The notes: generated by a model not told the origin, from the letters alone. 61,334 nucleotides of DNA from an uncultured Staphylococcaceae bacterium (GCA_964507285.1 CAZDPH010000001.1:1-61334), one strand, 5' to 3'; positions 28,618 through 40,400 are shown, counted from the first letter of the stretch. Translations and numbers: made by a program.

Positions 28618-29153
28618 TATAAGTTATCCTTATTTAATAGGTAAAGGGCAAATATTTGTACAGTTTTAGCGTCACTTATTTCACCTTTTTTAATTTTTTC
28701 AATTATTTCTTCTTCAGTTAAATAAAAAACTTCTACAAATTCATTTTCATCTAAGTGAGTATGAGTTTTAATTAAATCAGTAGCATAATATAAATTAATA
28801 ACTTCATTAGTATATGCTACACTTGGGAAGCATTTTCCTAAAAATTTAATATTATTAGCTTTAAAACCAGTTTCTTCTTCGAGTTCTCTTAAGGCAGTAT
28901 TTTTAGGATCTTCATTCTCATCACATTTACCTGCTGGAACTTCAATTAAGATATTATGATATGGATAGCGATATTGTTTTTCAAAAATAAATTTATTATC
29001 TATTTTTGCAAGTACTGCACTAGCAGGTATTTTATCAATATATTCTCTATATGCTTTATTCCCATTAGGACAAATAATTTCATCTTTATGAACTTCTAAA
29101 AGATGACCTTTAAATACAATTTCACCTTTAATTTTCTTTTCTTCTAAATCCAT
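28617..29153 (-). CDS. nudF: NUDIX hydrolase, ADP-ribose pyrophosphatase type
   Basis: Perfect Nudix box GKCDENEDPKNTALRELEEETGF (GX5EX7REUXEEXGU). The flanking F.G.LLEV..D......G..A.RE and DAKT motifs are typical of NudF/YqkG. Confidence 0.8.
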   Translation of the reverse strand: MDLEEKKIKGEIVFKGHLLEVHKDEIICPNGNKAYREYIDKIPASAVLAKIDNKFIFEKQYRYPYHNILIEVPAGKCDENEDPKNTALRELEEETGFKANNIKFLGKCFPSVAYTNEVINLYYATDLIKTHTHLDENEFVEVFYLTEEEIIEKIKKGEISDAKTVQIFALYLLNKDNL

Positions 29154-29186
29154 TTTCGTACCTCTTTCTTATAAGAAAAATTATAA

Positions 29187-29381
29187 TTAATCTTCTAAGA
29201 AATAGTATATATCTTTTTTTAAAAATTCACTTAACTTTTTTAAACTAAAAATATCAGGAAGAGATTTATTTAACTCCCATTTAGAAATAGTTTGATATGT
29301 TACTCCTATTGCTTTTGCAAGTTGACTTTGAGATAAGTTTTCATTTATCCTTGCAAGTTTAATTTTTTCACCTACTGTCAT
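29187..29381 (-). CDS. XRE-family helix-turn-helix transcriptional regulator (64 aa)
   Basis: IKLARINENLSQSQLAKAIGVTYQTISKWELNKSLP is a classic Cro/C1 HTH. Confidence 0.8.
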   Translation of the reverse strand: MTVGEKIKLARINENLSQSQLAKAIGVTYQTISKWELNKSLPDIFSLKKLSEFLKKDIYYFLED

Positions 29382-29524
29382 AAATTTATATTTTTAATAT
29401 AAATTAAAATAATAAAAAATAAAGAGATCTAATTTAATTCCCCTTAAATTTAGGGGTAAATAAGCATAATATTTTTTAATAAATTAATATTTTGATAGAA
29501 TATTTAAGAATTTAAGGAGATTAT

Positions 29525-30424
29525 ATGAATAAAGTTGATATTTTAATTATAGGAGCAGGTCCAAGTGGAGTAACTGCAGCAATATACGCTAAAAGAGCTA
29601 ATTTAGATGTATTATTATTAGAAAAAAGTGCTATTGGAGGAAAAGTAATAGATATCTATGAATTAGAAAATTATCCTGGGGTTTCAAATATTTCAGGAAG
29701 TGAATTAGCGTTAACTTTTAGAAAACAAATAAAAGACTTAAAAATTCCATTTTCTAGAGAAGAAGTATTATCTATTAATAAAAATGATAATAATTTTATA
29801 GTTACTACAAATAAAAATGAATATTTAGTAAATAAAATTATTCTTGCTATAGGCACTAAAGAAAATAATTTATCATTAGATAATGAAAATAGATTTTTAG
29901 GAAAAGGAATATCTTATTGTGCTACTTGTGATGGTTCATTTTATAAAGATAAAAAAGTAGTAGTATATGGAGGAGGTAATAGTGCAATCTCTGAAGCATT
30001 ATATTTATCTAATCTAGTAAAAGAATTAATTATTATATCAAGACATGATTTAAAAGGAGATGCATCTTCTATTAATAGATTAAAAGAATTAACTAATGTA
30101 AAACATATTAAAAATTCTACAATTATTAAATTAAATGGAAATGATTCATTAAAATCTATTAATATTAAAGATGAAAATAATAATATTACTAATATAAAAT
30201 TAGATGGATTATTTGTCTATATAGGCAGTAAACCTTCTTTAAATTTTATTAATAATTTATCTTTAGATAATATAAATGGATATTTAAAAGTAAATGAACA
30301 TTTTGAAACATCAATTAAAAATATATTTGCAGTAGGAGATGTAATAAATAAAGATTTGCGTCAAATTGTAACTGCTACAAGCGATGGAGCAAATGTTATT
30401 AGTTATTTAATGAAAAATAAATAA
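29525..30424 (+). CDS. trxB: Thioredoxin-disulfide reductase
   Basis: FAD motif ILIIGAGPSGVTAAIYA, redox CATCDG, NADPH motif VVVYGGGNSA and C-terminal GDV. The 299-aa length fits. RBS is AAGGAG. Confidence 0.9.
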   Translation: MNKVDILIIGAGPSGVTAAIYAKRANLDVLLLEKSAIGGKVIDIYELENYPGVSNISGSELALTFRKQIKDLKIPFSREEVLSINKNDNNFIVTTNKNEYLVNKIILAIGTKENNLSLDNENRFLGKGISYCATCDGSFYKDKKVVVYGGGNSAISEALYLSNLVKELIIISRHDLKGDASSINRLKELTNVKHIKNSTIIKLNGNDSLKSINIKDENNNITNIKLDGLFVYIGSKPSLNFINNLSLDNINGYLKVNEHFETSIKNIFAVGDVINKDLRQIVTATSDGANVISYLMKNK

Positions 30425-30425
30425 A

Positions 30426-30444
30426 ATGCAGGGATACCCTGCAT
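30426..30444. terminator. Bidirectional terminator
   Basis: aaaATGCAGGGataCCCTGCATtttt. Confidence 0.65.
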
Positions 30445-30455
30445 TTTTAATTAAC

Positions 30456-31226
30456 TTATTCTTTATAATTTTTAGCATTTTTAATAATAGATTTAATAGA
30501 ACCATAAATCATATAATAAACTGGTATTGAAATTAATATTACCCAATAAGGATGCCATAAATTTAAAAACATACCAATAGTAAAATAAATACTTAAACTT
30601 AAAAATAATATTGGAAAACTTTTACCTTTTTTGAATGCAATTGAATGAAATAATTCTCCTGGAATAAAAGAATAAATAAATAGTACCCAATAATTTCTCC
30701 ATCCATCTTTTAATAAAAATCCTAATACAATATACGCTACTAAAGCTATAATAAAACATATTAAATTAATCGAACCTTCTATTGATTTATAAAAGAATTT
30801 CTTTTTAGAATTTGTCTTTTCTTTTTTAGATTTATCATCAATAATTTCACCATCCACAATTTCAGATTCTACACAATCTTTAATTTTAGCACCAAATTCT
30901 TTATCCCATTCAATATTTATAGATCCATCTTCATTATTTATATTTAAGCCATCTTTATTAATATTTATTGTATCTTTATTTTTATTATATTTGAATTCTT
31001 TTTTATAGCAATCTTCAATAGGCTTTGATGTATTTAATAAATCATCAATTGATATTTCATAAAGTTCTGCTAATTTCTTAACAAATTCAATTGAAGGAAT
31101 AGAAGTTCCATTTTCCCAATTTGAAATTGATTGTCTTGACACATCTAATTTAGATGCTAATTCATCTTGATTCCGGCCTTTTCTGTTTCTAAATAATACT
31201 AATCTTTCTGCAAATTTATCATCCAT
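30456..31226 (-). CDS. Membrane-anchored XRE-family HTH protein
   Basis: N-terminal NQDELASKLDVSRQSISNWENGTSIPS is an HTH. The C-terminal half has four hydrophobic helices. Confidence 0.7.
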   Translation of the reverse strand: MDDKFAERLVLFRNRKGRNQDELASKLDVSRQSISNWENGTSIPSIEFVKKLAELYEISIDDLLNTSKPIEDCYKKEFKYNKNKDTININKDGLNINNEDGSINIEWDKEFGAKIKDCVESEIVDGEIIDDKSKKEKTNSKKKFFYKSIEGSINLICFIIALVAYIVLGFLLKDGWRNYWVLFIYSFIPGELFHSIAFKKGKSFPILFLSLSIYFTIGMFLNLWHPYWVILISIPVYYMIYGSIKSIIKNAKNYKE

Positions 31227-31292
31227 AGTCTAACTTCCTTATTATTAATTAAATTATAACGATGGATTAAAAATTATAAAGAAAAATATAAT

Positions 31293-31318
31293 TTACATAT
31301 AAAAATTAAAATATGTAA
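31293..31318. promoter_or_regulatory. Inverted repeat TTACATAT-N10-ATATGTAA upstream of the membrane XRE gene; possible operator
   Basis: 8-bp perfect arms read from the sequence, about 70 nt upstream of ATG 31226. Function is inferred only. Confidence 0.25.
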
Positions 31319-31371
31319 AAGAAAATTTACGAATTGTAAAAAGTTTTTACTTATTAAACATTAATTAAAAA

Positions 31372-31393
31372 AAGACACATTATTATGTGTCTT
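31372..31393 (-). terminator. Rho-independent terminator after lysS
   Basis: Minus strand reads aaagacacataataatgtgtcttttttt. Confidence 0.65.
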
Positions 31394-31402
31394 TATTGAA
31401 AT

Positions 31403-32887
31403 TTATTTTTGATCTTTCATTGTTGGGAATAAAATAACTTCTCTAATTGATGGTTGATCTGTTAATAACATACATAATCTATCAATACCAATACCAATTC
31501 CACCTGTAGGAGCCATTCCATAGTCCATTGCTTCTAAGAAATCATAATCCATTTCATTAGCTTCATCATCACCTAATTCTTTAGCAGCTAATTGAGCTTT
31601 AAATCTTTCTTTTTGATCAATAGGATCATTTAATTCACTATAAGCATTAGCAATTTCCCATCCATTCATGTATAACTCAAATCTTTCTGTAAAACGAGGA
31701 TCTTCACTCTTTTTAGTTAATGGAGAAATTTCAATTGGGTGATGGCAAACAAATGTAGGTTGAATTAAATCAGCTTCGCAACATTCTTCAAATAATGCAT
31801 TTAAGAAATAGCCTTGACTTGTCCAATGTGGTTCGACTTTAATTTTTCTATCTAAACATGCTTTTTTAGCATCTTCTAAAGAAATATTTCCTTTAAAATC
31901 TAAACCTGTTTTTTCTTTAACTAAATCAGCCATATCAACCCATCTAAATTCAGAATCAATATCTAATTCTTTTCCTTGATAAACAAGTTTATCTTTCTTT
32001 AAAACATCTTTTACTAAATGTCTAATTAAGCCTTCGCTTAATTCTCTCATGGAACTTAAATCTCCATAAGCTTCATAAAGTTCAATAGTAGTAAATTCAG
32101 GATTATGTCTTGTATCCATTCCTTCATTTCTAAATAATCTACCAATTTCATAGACTTTTTCAAGTCCACCAACGATTAATTTTTTAAGTGATAATTCAGT
32201 AGCAATTCTTAAATAAAAATCTTTATCTAATGTATTATGATGAGTAACAAATGGTCTAGCATTTGCGCCACCTAAAATTGGTTGAAGTACTGAAGTTTCA
32301 ACTTCAACGAATCCTTTATCATCTAAATAATGTTGAATTCCTCTAATAATTTGAGGTCTTTGTAATGCTGTTCTTTTTGAATCTTCATTCATAATTAAAT
32401 CAACATATCTATGTCTATATCTTTCTTCAACATCACTTAAACCATGGAATTTTTCAGGTAATGGACGTAAAGATTTTGTTAAGAATGTAAATTTATCAAC
32501 TCTTAAAGTTAATGTTCCTGAATCAGTTAACATTAAATTACCTTCAAGACCTACAATATCTCCTGTATCACATAATTTAAAAATTGAATAAGATTCTTCT
32601 CCAACTGTACCAATTGAAATAAAAGCTTGGCATTTTCCAAATTTATCTTGAATATTTAAAAATGAAGATTTTCCCATTTTTCTTAAAAGCATAATTCTTC
32701 CTGCTAAAATAACATGAATTGGATTAGCTTCTAATTCTTCTTTAGTTTTTCCTTTAGCTTTTTCAATAATTGATTGAGTAGTATCAGTTCTAGTAAACTT
32801 TTCTCCCCAAGGATTAACTCCAGCTTCAATTAATTTATTTAATTTATCACGTCTTGCTCTTTCTTGATCAGTTAATTTTTCTTCCAT
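31403..32887 (-). CDS. lysS: Lysine--tRNA ligase (class II)
   Basis: OB anticodon-binding N-domain. Class II motifs are FRNEG..TRHNPEFT and GGIGIGIDRLCMLL. The 494-aa length fits. Confidence 0.95.
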   Translation of the reverse strand: MEEKLTDQERARRDKLNKLIEAGVNPWGEKFTRTDTTQSIIEKAKGKTKEELEANPIHVILAGRIMLLRKMGKSSFLNIQDKFGKCQAFISIGTVGEESYSIFKLCDTGDIVGLEGNLMLTDSGTLTLRVDKFTFLTKSLRPLPEKFHGLSDVEERYRHRYVDLIMNEDSKRTALQRPQIIRGIQHYLDDKGFVEVETSVLQPILGGANARPFVTHHNTLDKDFYLRIATELSLKKLIVGGLEKVYEIGRLFRNEGMDTRHNPEFTTIELYEAYGDLSSMRELSEGLIRHLVKDVLKKDKLVYQGKELDIDSEFRWVDMADLVKEKTGLDFKGNISLEDAKKACLDRKIKVEPHWTSQGYFLNALFEECCEADLIQPTFVCHHPIEISPLTKKSEDPRFTERFELYMNGWEIANAYSELNDPIDQKERFKAQLAAKELGDDEANEMDYDFLEAMDYGMAPTGGIGIGIDRLCMLLTDQPSIREVILFPTMKDQK

Positions 32888-32944
32888 ATAAAAACTTCCT
32901 TTAATTTCGATATTATTATATATAAATTTTAATTATTTTTCTAC

Positions 32945-33919
32945 TTAATTACTTGTTTCAAGTAAATACCTATCTAAAATTGTAAATAAATCATCTACAC
33001 ATTTAATAGTTAAAGTTATTTCACTTCGATATGATTTTGAATCATTAAAATTAATTAAAAATTTAGGAGCAATACCTTTTAAAACACTTGTTGCTCTAGA
33101 ATCTCCAATTTCTTCTTTTAAATAAGTTGCGTATTCTTTTAAATATTTTACTTGATCAATTTTATTTTCTTCGAAAAATTCCTTTTTTCCTTCAAAATAA
33201 TTATTAATATTTTTAATTAATAAAGGGTGGCCTTCTCCTCCACGAGCAACTGCAATAGCGTCACACCCTGTAATTTCATAAGCTTTTATTGCGTCTTCTA
33301 AAGTGAATATATTTCCACTTACTGCAAAAGGAATTGAAATTACATTTTTTAAATCTTTTATTGCTTCATAATGAGGAATTCCAGAATATAACTCTTTTTT
33401 TGTTCTACAATGAATACATAAAAAAGAAACTCCAGATTCTTCTAATGCCTTAGCAATTTCATATACATTTATTTCATTAAACCCGAGTCTTATTTTACAA
33501 GAAACTGGTTTTTTGCTCTTTTTAACTATAGCACTAACCATATCTTTTAATGAATCAATATCTTTTAACCGGCTACTCCCTCCATTAGATTTAATTACTT
33601 TAGGAACAGGACATGCTAAATTTAAATCTAAAATATCATAATCAAATTTAGATTCAATTTCATCAATAGCTTTTAATAAAGTTTCTTTGTTTCCACCAAA
33701 TAATTGAAGTGCTAAAGGATGATCCTTACCATCTTGATAGCACATATCAAAAGTTCTTTCATTATGATAATTTAAACCACAATCTGAAATCATTTCAGTA
33801 TAAGTAAGTCCATTAAAGAATTTTCTCATGAACTTTCTATAAGAAAAAGAAGTTACTCCAGCCATTGGAGCTAGAATAACTTTTCCTTCTATATTGATAT
33901 CTTTAATTTTAAAACTCAT
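32945..33919 (-). CDS. dusB: tRNA-dihydrouridine synthase
   Basis: LAPMAGVT..., LNLACP, CIHCRT (FMN/TIM-barrel Dus motifs). It is positioned between ftsH and lysS, as in other Firmicutes. Confidence 0.85.
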   Translation of the reverse strand: MSFKIKDINIEGKVILAPMAGVTSFSYRKFMRKFFNGLTYTEMISDCGLNYHNERTFDMCYQDGKDHPLALQLFGGNKETLLKAIDEIESKFDYDILDLNLACPVPKVIKSNGGSSRLKDIDSLKDMVSAIVKKSKKPVSCKIRLGFNEINVYEIAKALEESGVSFLCIHCRTKKELYSGIPHYEAIKDLKNVISIPFAVSGNIFTLEDAIKAYEITGCDAIAVARGGEGHPLLIKNINNYFEGKKEFFEENKIDQVKYLKEYATYLKEEIGDSRATSVLKGIAPKFLINFNDSKSYRSEITLTIKCVDDLFTILDRYLLETSN

Positions 33920-35973
33920 TATTTATTATCTTCATTTGAAGAAGCATTTCCTTCAATAGATGAATCCTTATTTTCATTATTTTGAATAGAACTTTCTTCT
34001 TTACTAGAAGCATCTTTAATTTCTTCTTTTTCTTTAACTAAAGTTCTATGTTCTAATAAGTAAGAAATTTCTTCTTCAGTAATTGTTTCTTTATCAAGTA
34101 ATGTTTTTGCAATTAATTCAACATCTTCTCTATGTTCAGTAATAATTTTAACTGCTAAATTATGTGCATCTTCAACAATTTTTCTTACTTCTTTATCAAT
34201 TTGATCTGCAACTGAAACAGAGAAATTCTTAGTTGTATTATTATAATCTCTTCCTAAGAAAACATTTCCTGAAGCTTTTTCATATTGAATTGGACCTAAA
34301 TCACTCATACCATATTCAACAACCATTGAACGAGCAATTTGAGTAGCTCTTTCAATGTCATTACTTGCACCAGTAGAAACATCATCAAAGAAAATTTCTT
34401 CAGATACTCTTCCACCAAGTAATCCACAAATTTCAGCTTCTAACTCTTTCTTAGTTAATAAGAATCTATCTTCTTCAGGACCCATTAAGACATGTCCGCC
34501 AGTATTTCCACGAGGAATAATAGTAATTTTTCTAACAACATCAGCATTTGGTAAAACAATACCAATAATAGCGTGTCCAGATTCATGATAAGCAACACGT
34601 GTTCTTTCTTTTTCTGTCATACCTTTAGAAGATTTTGCAGGACCTGCAATTCTTCTATCAATTGCTTCATCAATATCAGCAATAGTAATTGCCTCTCTTT
34701 TATTTCTAATAGCTAAAATAGCAGCTTCATTTAAGATATTTGCAATATCTGCACCTGAAAATCCAACAGTTCTTTTTGCAATCATTGAAAAATCAATACT
34801 TGGATCGAGTTTTTTATTTTTTGCATGTACTTTAAATATTGCTTCTCTTCCTTTTTTATCAGGTAATGAAACAGTAATTTTTCTATCAAAACGTCCAGCT
34901 CTTAAAAGTGCAGGATCTAAAACATCATCTCTATTTGTAGCAGCCATAACGATGATTCCACTATTTTCTTCAAAACCATCTAATTCAACTAATAATTGGT
35001 TTAAAGTTTGTTCTCTTTCGTCATTTCCACCACCAAGTCCAGCGCCTCTTTGTCTTCCGACAGCATCAATTTCATCAATAAAAATTAAACATGGAGCATT
35101 TTGCTTTGCAGTTTTAAATAAATCTCTAACTCTTCCAGCACCAACACCAACAAACATTTCGACGAAATCAGAACCCGAAATAGAATAAAATGGAACTCCA
35201 GCTTCACCAGCTACAGCTTTTGCAAGTAAAGTTTTACCAGTGCCAGGATGGCCAACAAGTAAAATACCTTTTGGTAATTTAGCACCATATTTTGTAAATT
35301 TTCTTGGATCTTTTAAATAATCAACAACTTCAACAAGTTCAGCTTTTTCTTCATCACATCCAGCAACATCATCAAATTTAACTTTTGAATCATCAACTCT
35401 TCTTGCAGTAGATTTATTAAAATCAAATGCTTTAGAATTTCCTCCAGCAGTAGACATTAAAAGTTTAAAGAATAAAATAGCAATTCCAACAGTTACTACA
35501 GTAGAAATAATAGTAGGCAACCATGTAATTAACCAATTTTCTTCGTATACTGAAGAAACAACTAAATATCCTCTATTAACAGGAGAATCAGTTTTTCCTT
35601 CATAATAGCCTTTTGATTCATTTTCTTTAAAATCTAATTGAATTTCTTCTTGTAAAGTATAGCCATTACCGTCTTCAATTGTATAGAAACTATCATTTGT
35701 AGTAGTAAAAGCTATCTTAACTTGATTATCTTTATTATCTTTTTCATTTAATGTTAAATATACTTGTAAATTATCACCATTTTTAACAGTAGATGCATCG
35801 TAAACTAAATAATTATCACTTTTATTACAAATATAATTATATCCTACACTTGTAGAAACACTACGATAGCCACTTGAATTAAAACCAACAAGGTAATAAA
35901 TCATAAAGCCAATAAAACAAGCAAGGACTAAATAAATTAAAATACTAAATATATTTACTTTCTTTTTTTGCAT
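33919..35973 (-). CDS. ftsH: ATP-dependent zinc metalloprotease FtsH
   Basis: Two TM segments, Walker [19 protein letters not shown], Walker [32 protein letters not shown] and zinc site HESGHA. Confidence 0.95.
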   Translation of the reverse strand: MQKKKVNIFSILIYLVLACFIGFMIYYLVGFNSSGYRSVSTSVGYNYICNKSDNYLVYDASTVKNGDNLQVYLTLNEKDNKDNQVKIAFTTTNDSFYTIEDGNGYTLQEEIQLDFKENESKGYYEGKTDSPVNRGYLVVSSVYEENWLITWLPTIISTVVTVGIAILFFKLLMSTAGGNSKAFDFNKSTARRVDDSKVKFDDVAGCDEEKAELVEVVDYLKDPRKFTKYGAKLPKGILLVGHPGTGKTLLAKAVAGEAGVPFYSISGSDFVEMFVGVGAGRVRDLFKTAKQNAPCLIFIDEIDAVGRQRGAGLGGGNDEREQTLNQLLVELDGFEENSGIIVMAATNRDDVLDPALLRAGRFDRKITVSLPDKKGREAIFKVHAKNKKLDPSIDFSMIAKRTVGFSGADIANILNEAAILAIRNKREAITIADIDEAIDRRIAGPAKSSKGMTEKERTRVAYHESGHAIIGIVLPNADVVRKITIIPRGNTGGHVLMGPEEDRFLLTKKELEAEICGLLGGRVSEEIFFDDVSTGASNDIERATQIARSMVVEYGMSDLGPIQYEKASGNVFLGRDYNNTTKNFSVSVADQIDKEVRKIVEDAHNLAVKIITEHREDVELIAKTLLDKETITEEEISYLLEHRTLVKEKEEIKDASSKEESSIQNNENKDSSIEGNASSNEDNK

Positions 35974-36038
35974 TTCTTTTCTCCTAATTGACTAATTTAT
36001 ATTATATCATTTTTATTTATTTTCAAAATAAATAATCT

Positions 36039-37271
36039 TTATTTTTTAATTTCTTCAATATCAAAAATTAAAAATGAAGAAGTACCTTTTTTAAAATCTT
36101 TTTTAAAACGTGGAATATATAATAATTTATTATCTAAAGAATAAATTCCTGGATAAATATTTCGATATGATTGAGGTAATTTCATATCAATAAATATTTT
36201 AGAAACACTTTTTAATTCATTATTATATAAATATTTATCATTTCTTGATAAAGGATGAATAATTATTTTAGAATTTGAATTAAAAATTTCATTAAATAAT
36301 TTTGAATCTTTATTGAATTTAAAATATTTATTCCCAGATTCATCTAAAATGTAATTATATTCATTAAAATAAATCTTATCTATTTTTAAATATCCATATT
36401 CAATAAAAATAAAATAATTATTTTTTAAATCAATTTTAATGTTTTTATTTAATTTTATTTTATTAAATAAATCAATTATTTCATTTCTACTTATTTTTTT
36501 AATAAATTCAAATTTAGATAAATAAACATAAAATAAAGTAATAAATTCATTTAAATTTAATGATTTTATTTCATCTAAATAAATTAAATTATCTTTAATG
36601 TATTTAGAATATTTTTTATATTCTTTCTTTTTTAAAAAGTTTAAATAATCTATTTTTAATTTAATTAAATTCATTTTAAAAGTAGACATAATAGATACTT
36701 TATCTAATCTAATCTTATTTCTTTCAAATCTAGGTTCTAAATCTGTAGTATCTTGAAAATATTCATAATTATGTTTAATGTTAAATTCTTTCAATGTTTT
36801 CTTTCTAACATGTAATAATGGTCTAATAAATTTAACATTATTTTTATAAGATATATTTTTAAGTCCATAATAAGAATAATATCCTTTTCTTTGAATTTGA
36901 AGATAATAAGTTTCTATTAAATCATCTTTATTATGTGCAATTAAACAAGCATCAATGGAAGGATCATCTTTAATTATTTTAATAAAGAAATTATATCTTT
37001 CAATTCTTGCCCATGCTTCTTCATTACCTTTTTTAAAATATACTTCATGAAGATGTAACTTTTTATTATATTTTTTACATAATTCTTTAATTTTAATTTC
37101 TTCCATATCTCCTGTATAAGGAAGATGGTAATTAGTATATGCAACTTCAAAATTATATCCTTTATTTAATAAAAGATAAAAAAGCGCTAAAGAATCACTT
37201 CCATAAGAAAGTGCTAAAAGATATTTTTTACTCTTCTTTAGATTCAATAATCTCATCAAGTATAACCTCAT
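36039..37271 (-). CDS. tilS: tRNA(Ile)-lysidine synthase
   Basis: N-terminal PP-loop region LLALSYGSDSLALFYLL, then AHNKDDLIET. Position between the S4 gene and ftsH is conserved. The start could instead be ATG 37256. Confidence 0.75.
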   Translation of the reverse strand: MRLYLMRLLNLKKSKKYLLALSYGSDSLALFYLLLNKGYNFEVAYTNYHLPYTGDMEEIKIKELCKKYNKKLHLHEVYFKKGNEEAWARIERYNFFIKIIKDDPSIDACLIAHNKDDLIETYYLQIQRKGYYSYYGLKNISYKNNVKFIRPLLHVRKKTLKEFNIKHNYEYFQDTTDLEPRFERNKIRLDKVSIMSTFKMNLIKLKIDYLNFLKKKEYKKYSKYIKDNLIYLDEIKSLNLNEFITLFYVYLSKFEFIKKISRNEIIDLFNKIKLNKNIKIDLKNNYFIFIEYGYLKIDKIYFNEYNYILDESGNKYFKFNKDSKLFNEIFNSNSKIIIHPLSRNDKYLYNNELKSVSKIFIDMKLPQSYRNIYPGIYSLDNKLLYIPRFKKDFKKGTSSFLIFDIEEIKK

Positions 37272-37494
37272 ATAAAGAAGTAGAAGATTCTTTTAAACAA
37301 TGATCTTTAATCTCTAAAACTTTAACTATTAAATGATGTCTTCCTAAAAATAATTCAATATTATCATCAACATTAATTTCTTTTGATGGTTTTGCAAGTT
37401 TTCCATTTACATAAAATTTATCTAAATTTGCTAAATCTTTAGCAACACTTCTTCTTTTAACAAGTCTAGTTAATTTTAAATATTTATCCAATCT
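37228..37494 (-). CDS. S4-domain RNA-binding protein (YabO/Hsp15-like)
   Basis: MRLDKYLKLTRLVKRRSVAKDL... is an S4 motif. ATG 37494 follows AGGAAAG, whereas the upstream ATG 37515 has no RBS. Confidence 0.8.
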   Translation of the reverse strand, partial: RLDKYLKLTRLVKRRSVAKDLANLDKFYVNGKLAKPSKEINVDDNIELFLGRHHLIVKVLEIKDHCLKESSTSLYEVILDEIIESKEE

Positions 37495-40400
37495 CATAAT
37501 TTTTACTTTCCTCATGAATTATTTTTAATATATTAAATAATCTTTCTTCATAATTACCATCTTTTGATATTGATATAGTTAATTGATGAGAATAATAAGT
37601 AACTTTAATATATCTAAAATAATTAATTAATTTTTCAAATAATTTATTACCAATCCCTTCTATTTTAGTAAATTCTTTAGATAATATTAATTCCATTCTA
37701 TTTGGATAATCTTTTAATGAATCAAATTCAATAAAATTAATATAAACATCTATTCTTCTTTGATTTAATAAATTTAATAAATTGGAAGGTACACTTCCAT
37801 ATAAATCTTTTAAATAATTATATAAATTATCAATTTTTTCAAAAGTGTCTGCTTCTTTAATTCTTTGATAAATTTCCATAATTCCAGATTCATTTTCATA
37901 AGTTTTAGGAACATAAGCATTTTTAATTACACTTTGAACTTCTTTAGGTTCACTTTCTTTAATTAAATCTCCACTTTCTTTTTCTTTAATTGCTTCATTT
38001 AAAAGTTTTATATATAAATCAATCCCAACTTCTTCAATAAATCCAGCTTGTTGAGGCCCTAAAATATCTCCTGCACCTCTAATTAAAAGATCTCTTTGAG
38101 CAATTTTAAAACCACTTCCAAGTTCTGTAAAGTCTTGAATAGCTTTTAATCTTTTTTTACTTTCTTCATTTAATCTTCTTTCTTTATTAATTAAAAGATA
38201 GCAAAAAGCCATTTTATCACTTCTTCCTACTCTACCTTTAATTTGATAAAGTTGAGATAATCCAAACTTATTAGCGTCATCTACTAAAATTAAATTAGCA
38301 TTTCTAACATCAATTCCATTTTCAATGATTGTAGTAGCAAGTAATAAATCTATGTTTCCTTCATAGAATTCTTTCATTACTTCATTAATTTCTTCTTTAT
38401 CCATTTTTCCATGAATTATACCTATTTTTAAAGAAGGAATTAATTTCAATAATTTATCTCCTAGTTCATAAATAGTAAATATATCATTATGAATATAATA
38501 AATTTGACCTGATCTTGCTAATTCTTTTAAAATAATCTCTTTAATAACTTTATAATCTTTTTCAATTACATAAGTTTGAATTGGTAATCTTTCTTTTGGA
38601 GGGGTAGAAATAGTAGAAACACTTTTTAGACCAATTAAGGATGATTGTAAAGTTCTAGGGATAGGAGTAGCACTTAAAGTTAAAATATCAATAGATGGTT
38701 TTTCTATATGTATTTTTTCTTTTTGTTCTACTCCAAATCTTTGTTCTTCATCAATAATTAATAAACCTAAATCTTTAAATTTATTATTTTTATTTAAGAT
38801 TTTATGAGTTCCTATAACCATATGGACTAATCCAGTTTCTAATCCTCTTTGAATAGTTTTAACTTCTAAAGGAGTTTGATTTCTAGTTAATAATTTAATA
38901 TTAATATCGAATCCTTTAAATCTAGAAAGCGCTAATTCATAATGTTGTTTTGCAAGTAAAGTAGTAGGTGCTAAAAAAGCAACTTGTTTTCCATTGCTTA
39001 TTGCTTTAAAAGCTGCTCTAAAAGCAACTTCAGTTTTACCATATCCCACATCTCCACATAAAAGTCTATCCATTGGATGAGGCTTTTCCATATCTTCTTT
39101 AATTTCTTTAATAGATTCTTTTTGATCAATAGTTAATTCATGAGGGAAAGAAGATTCAAATTCTTCCATTAATTCATCATCTTTTGAACATGCAAAACCC
39201 GGAATTAAAGATTTTTCTTGATATAACTTTAGTAATTTATCTGCTAATAAATTAACTTTTTCTTTAATTCTTTTTTTAGTATTATTCCATTTCTCACTAT
39301 GTAAAGAAGAAAGTTCAGGAGTCTTTCCTTCTCTTCCTGAATATTTTCTAATTAAAGTAAAGTTATATAAAGGGATAAATAATTTATCGTTATTTTTATA
39401 TTCAATCGATAAATAATCATCAGTTTTATCACCTACTGTAACTTCTTCAATTCCTAAAAACTTACCTATTCCATATTTTTCATGAACAACATAATCACCC
39501 TTTTCTAATTCAGAATAACTTGATAATACTCTTCCTTGTTTATATTTAGAATAATAGATACTTGATTTATGTTTTCTTTTAAATAAAATAGATGAATCAA
39601 TAACTGCTAAAGAATTAACTTTATCTTCAAAAGAAAAAGAATAATCACTTAATAAAATATTTACACTTGATTTTAAATCATCATTTATTGAATTAATTAA
39701 AGAATAATCACATTTAAAATAATTTAAATTAGATTTAATTTCTTCTAATTCTTCATTAGTTTTAACAATAAATAATACATTATTAAATTCTTCAATATAA
39801 AGTTTAATAGCGTTATTTAAATCTATTTGACTATCTTTTCTAATAAATGGATAAGAAAGAGGAATGATATTAGGATTATTTTCTAAAGATAAAGAATCAA
39901 TATAATTAACTTCTTTAGAAAATAATGTTAAAGATGATTCTTTAAACATTTTTAAATCTTTTAAACCTCTTCCTGAATCAAATAAATCATTAATAAATTC
40001 ATTACTTTCTAAAAATAAATTATTTTTTATTTCTAAAAATTCATCTCTATTTAAAATAATTTCATTAAAAGAAGATAAATAAGATAATAAATTAACATTA
40101 CTTCTTTTTAATAATCCATAATATTTATAAAGTTTAATGTTATAGATATTATTTTCTAAATCATAAATACATGAAGATATTTCTCCTTTTAAATAATCTT
40201 TTAAATCATCTCTTAAAGATAATAAATCTTCATTTAATTTATTATTTAAAATAGAAGAAATATCATTCTTTTCTTCTTTAGAAAATATTAAAGTAGTAGC
40301 AGGCATTATCTTAACACAATTAATAGAAGATATACTTCTTTGAGTTGCTATATCAAAAAATCTTATTGATTCAATTTCATCATCAAAAAATTCTATTCTT

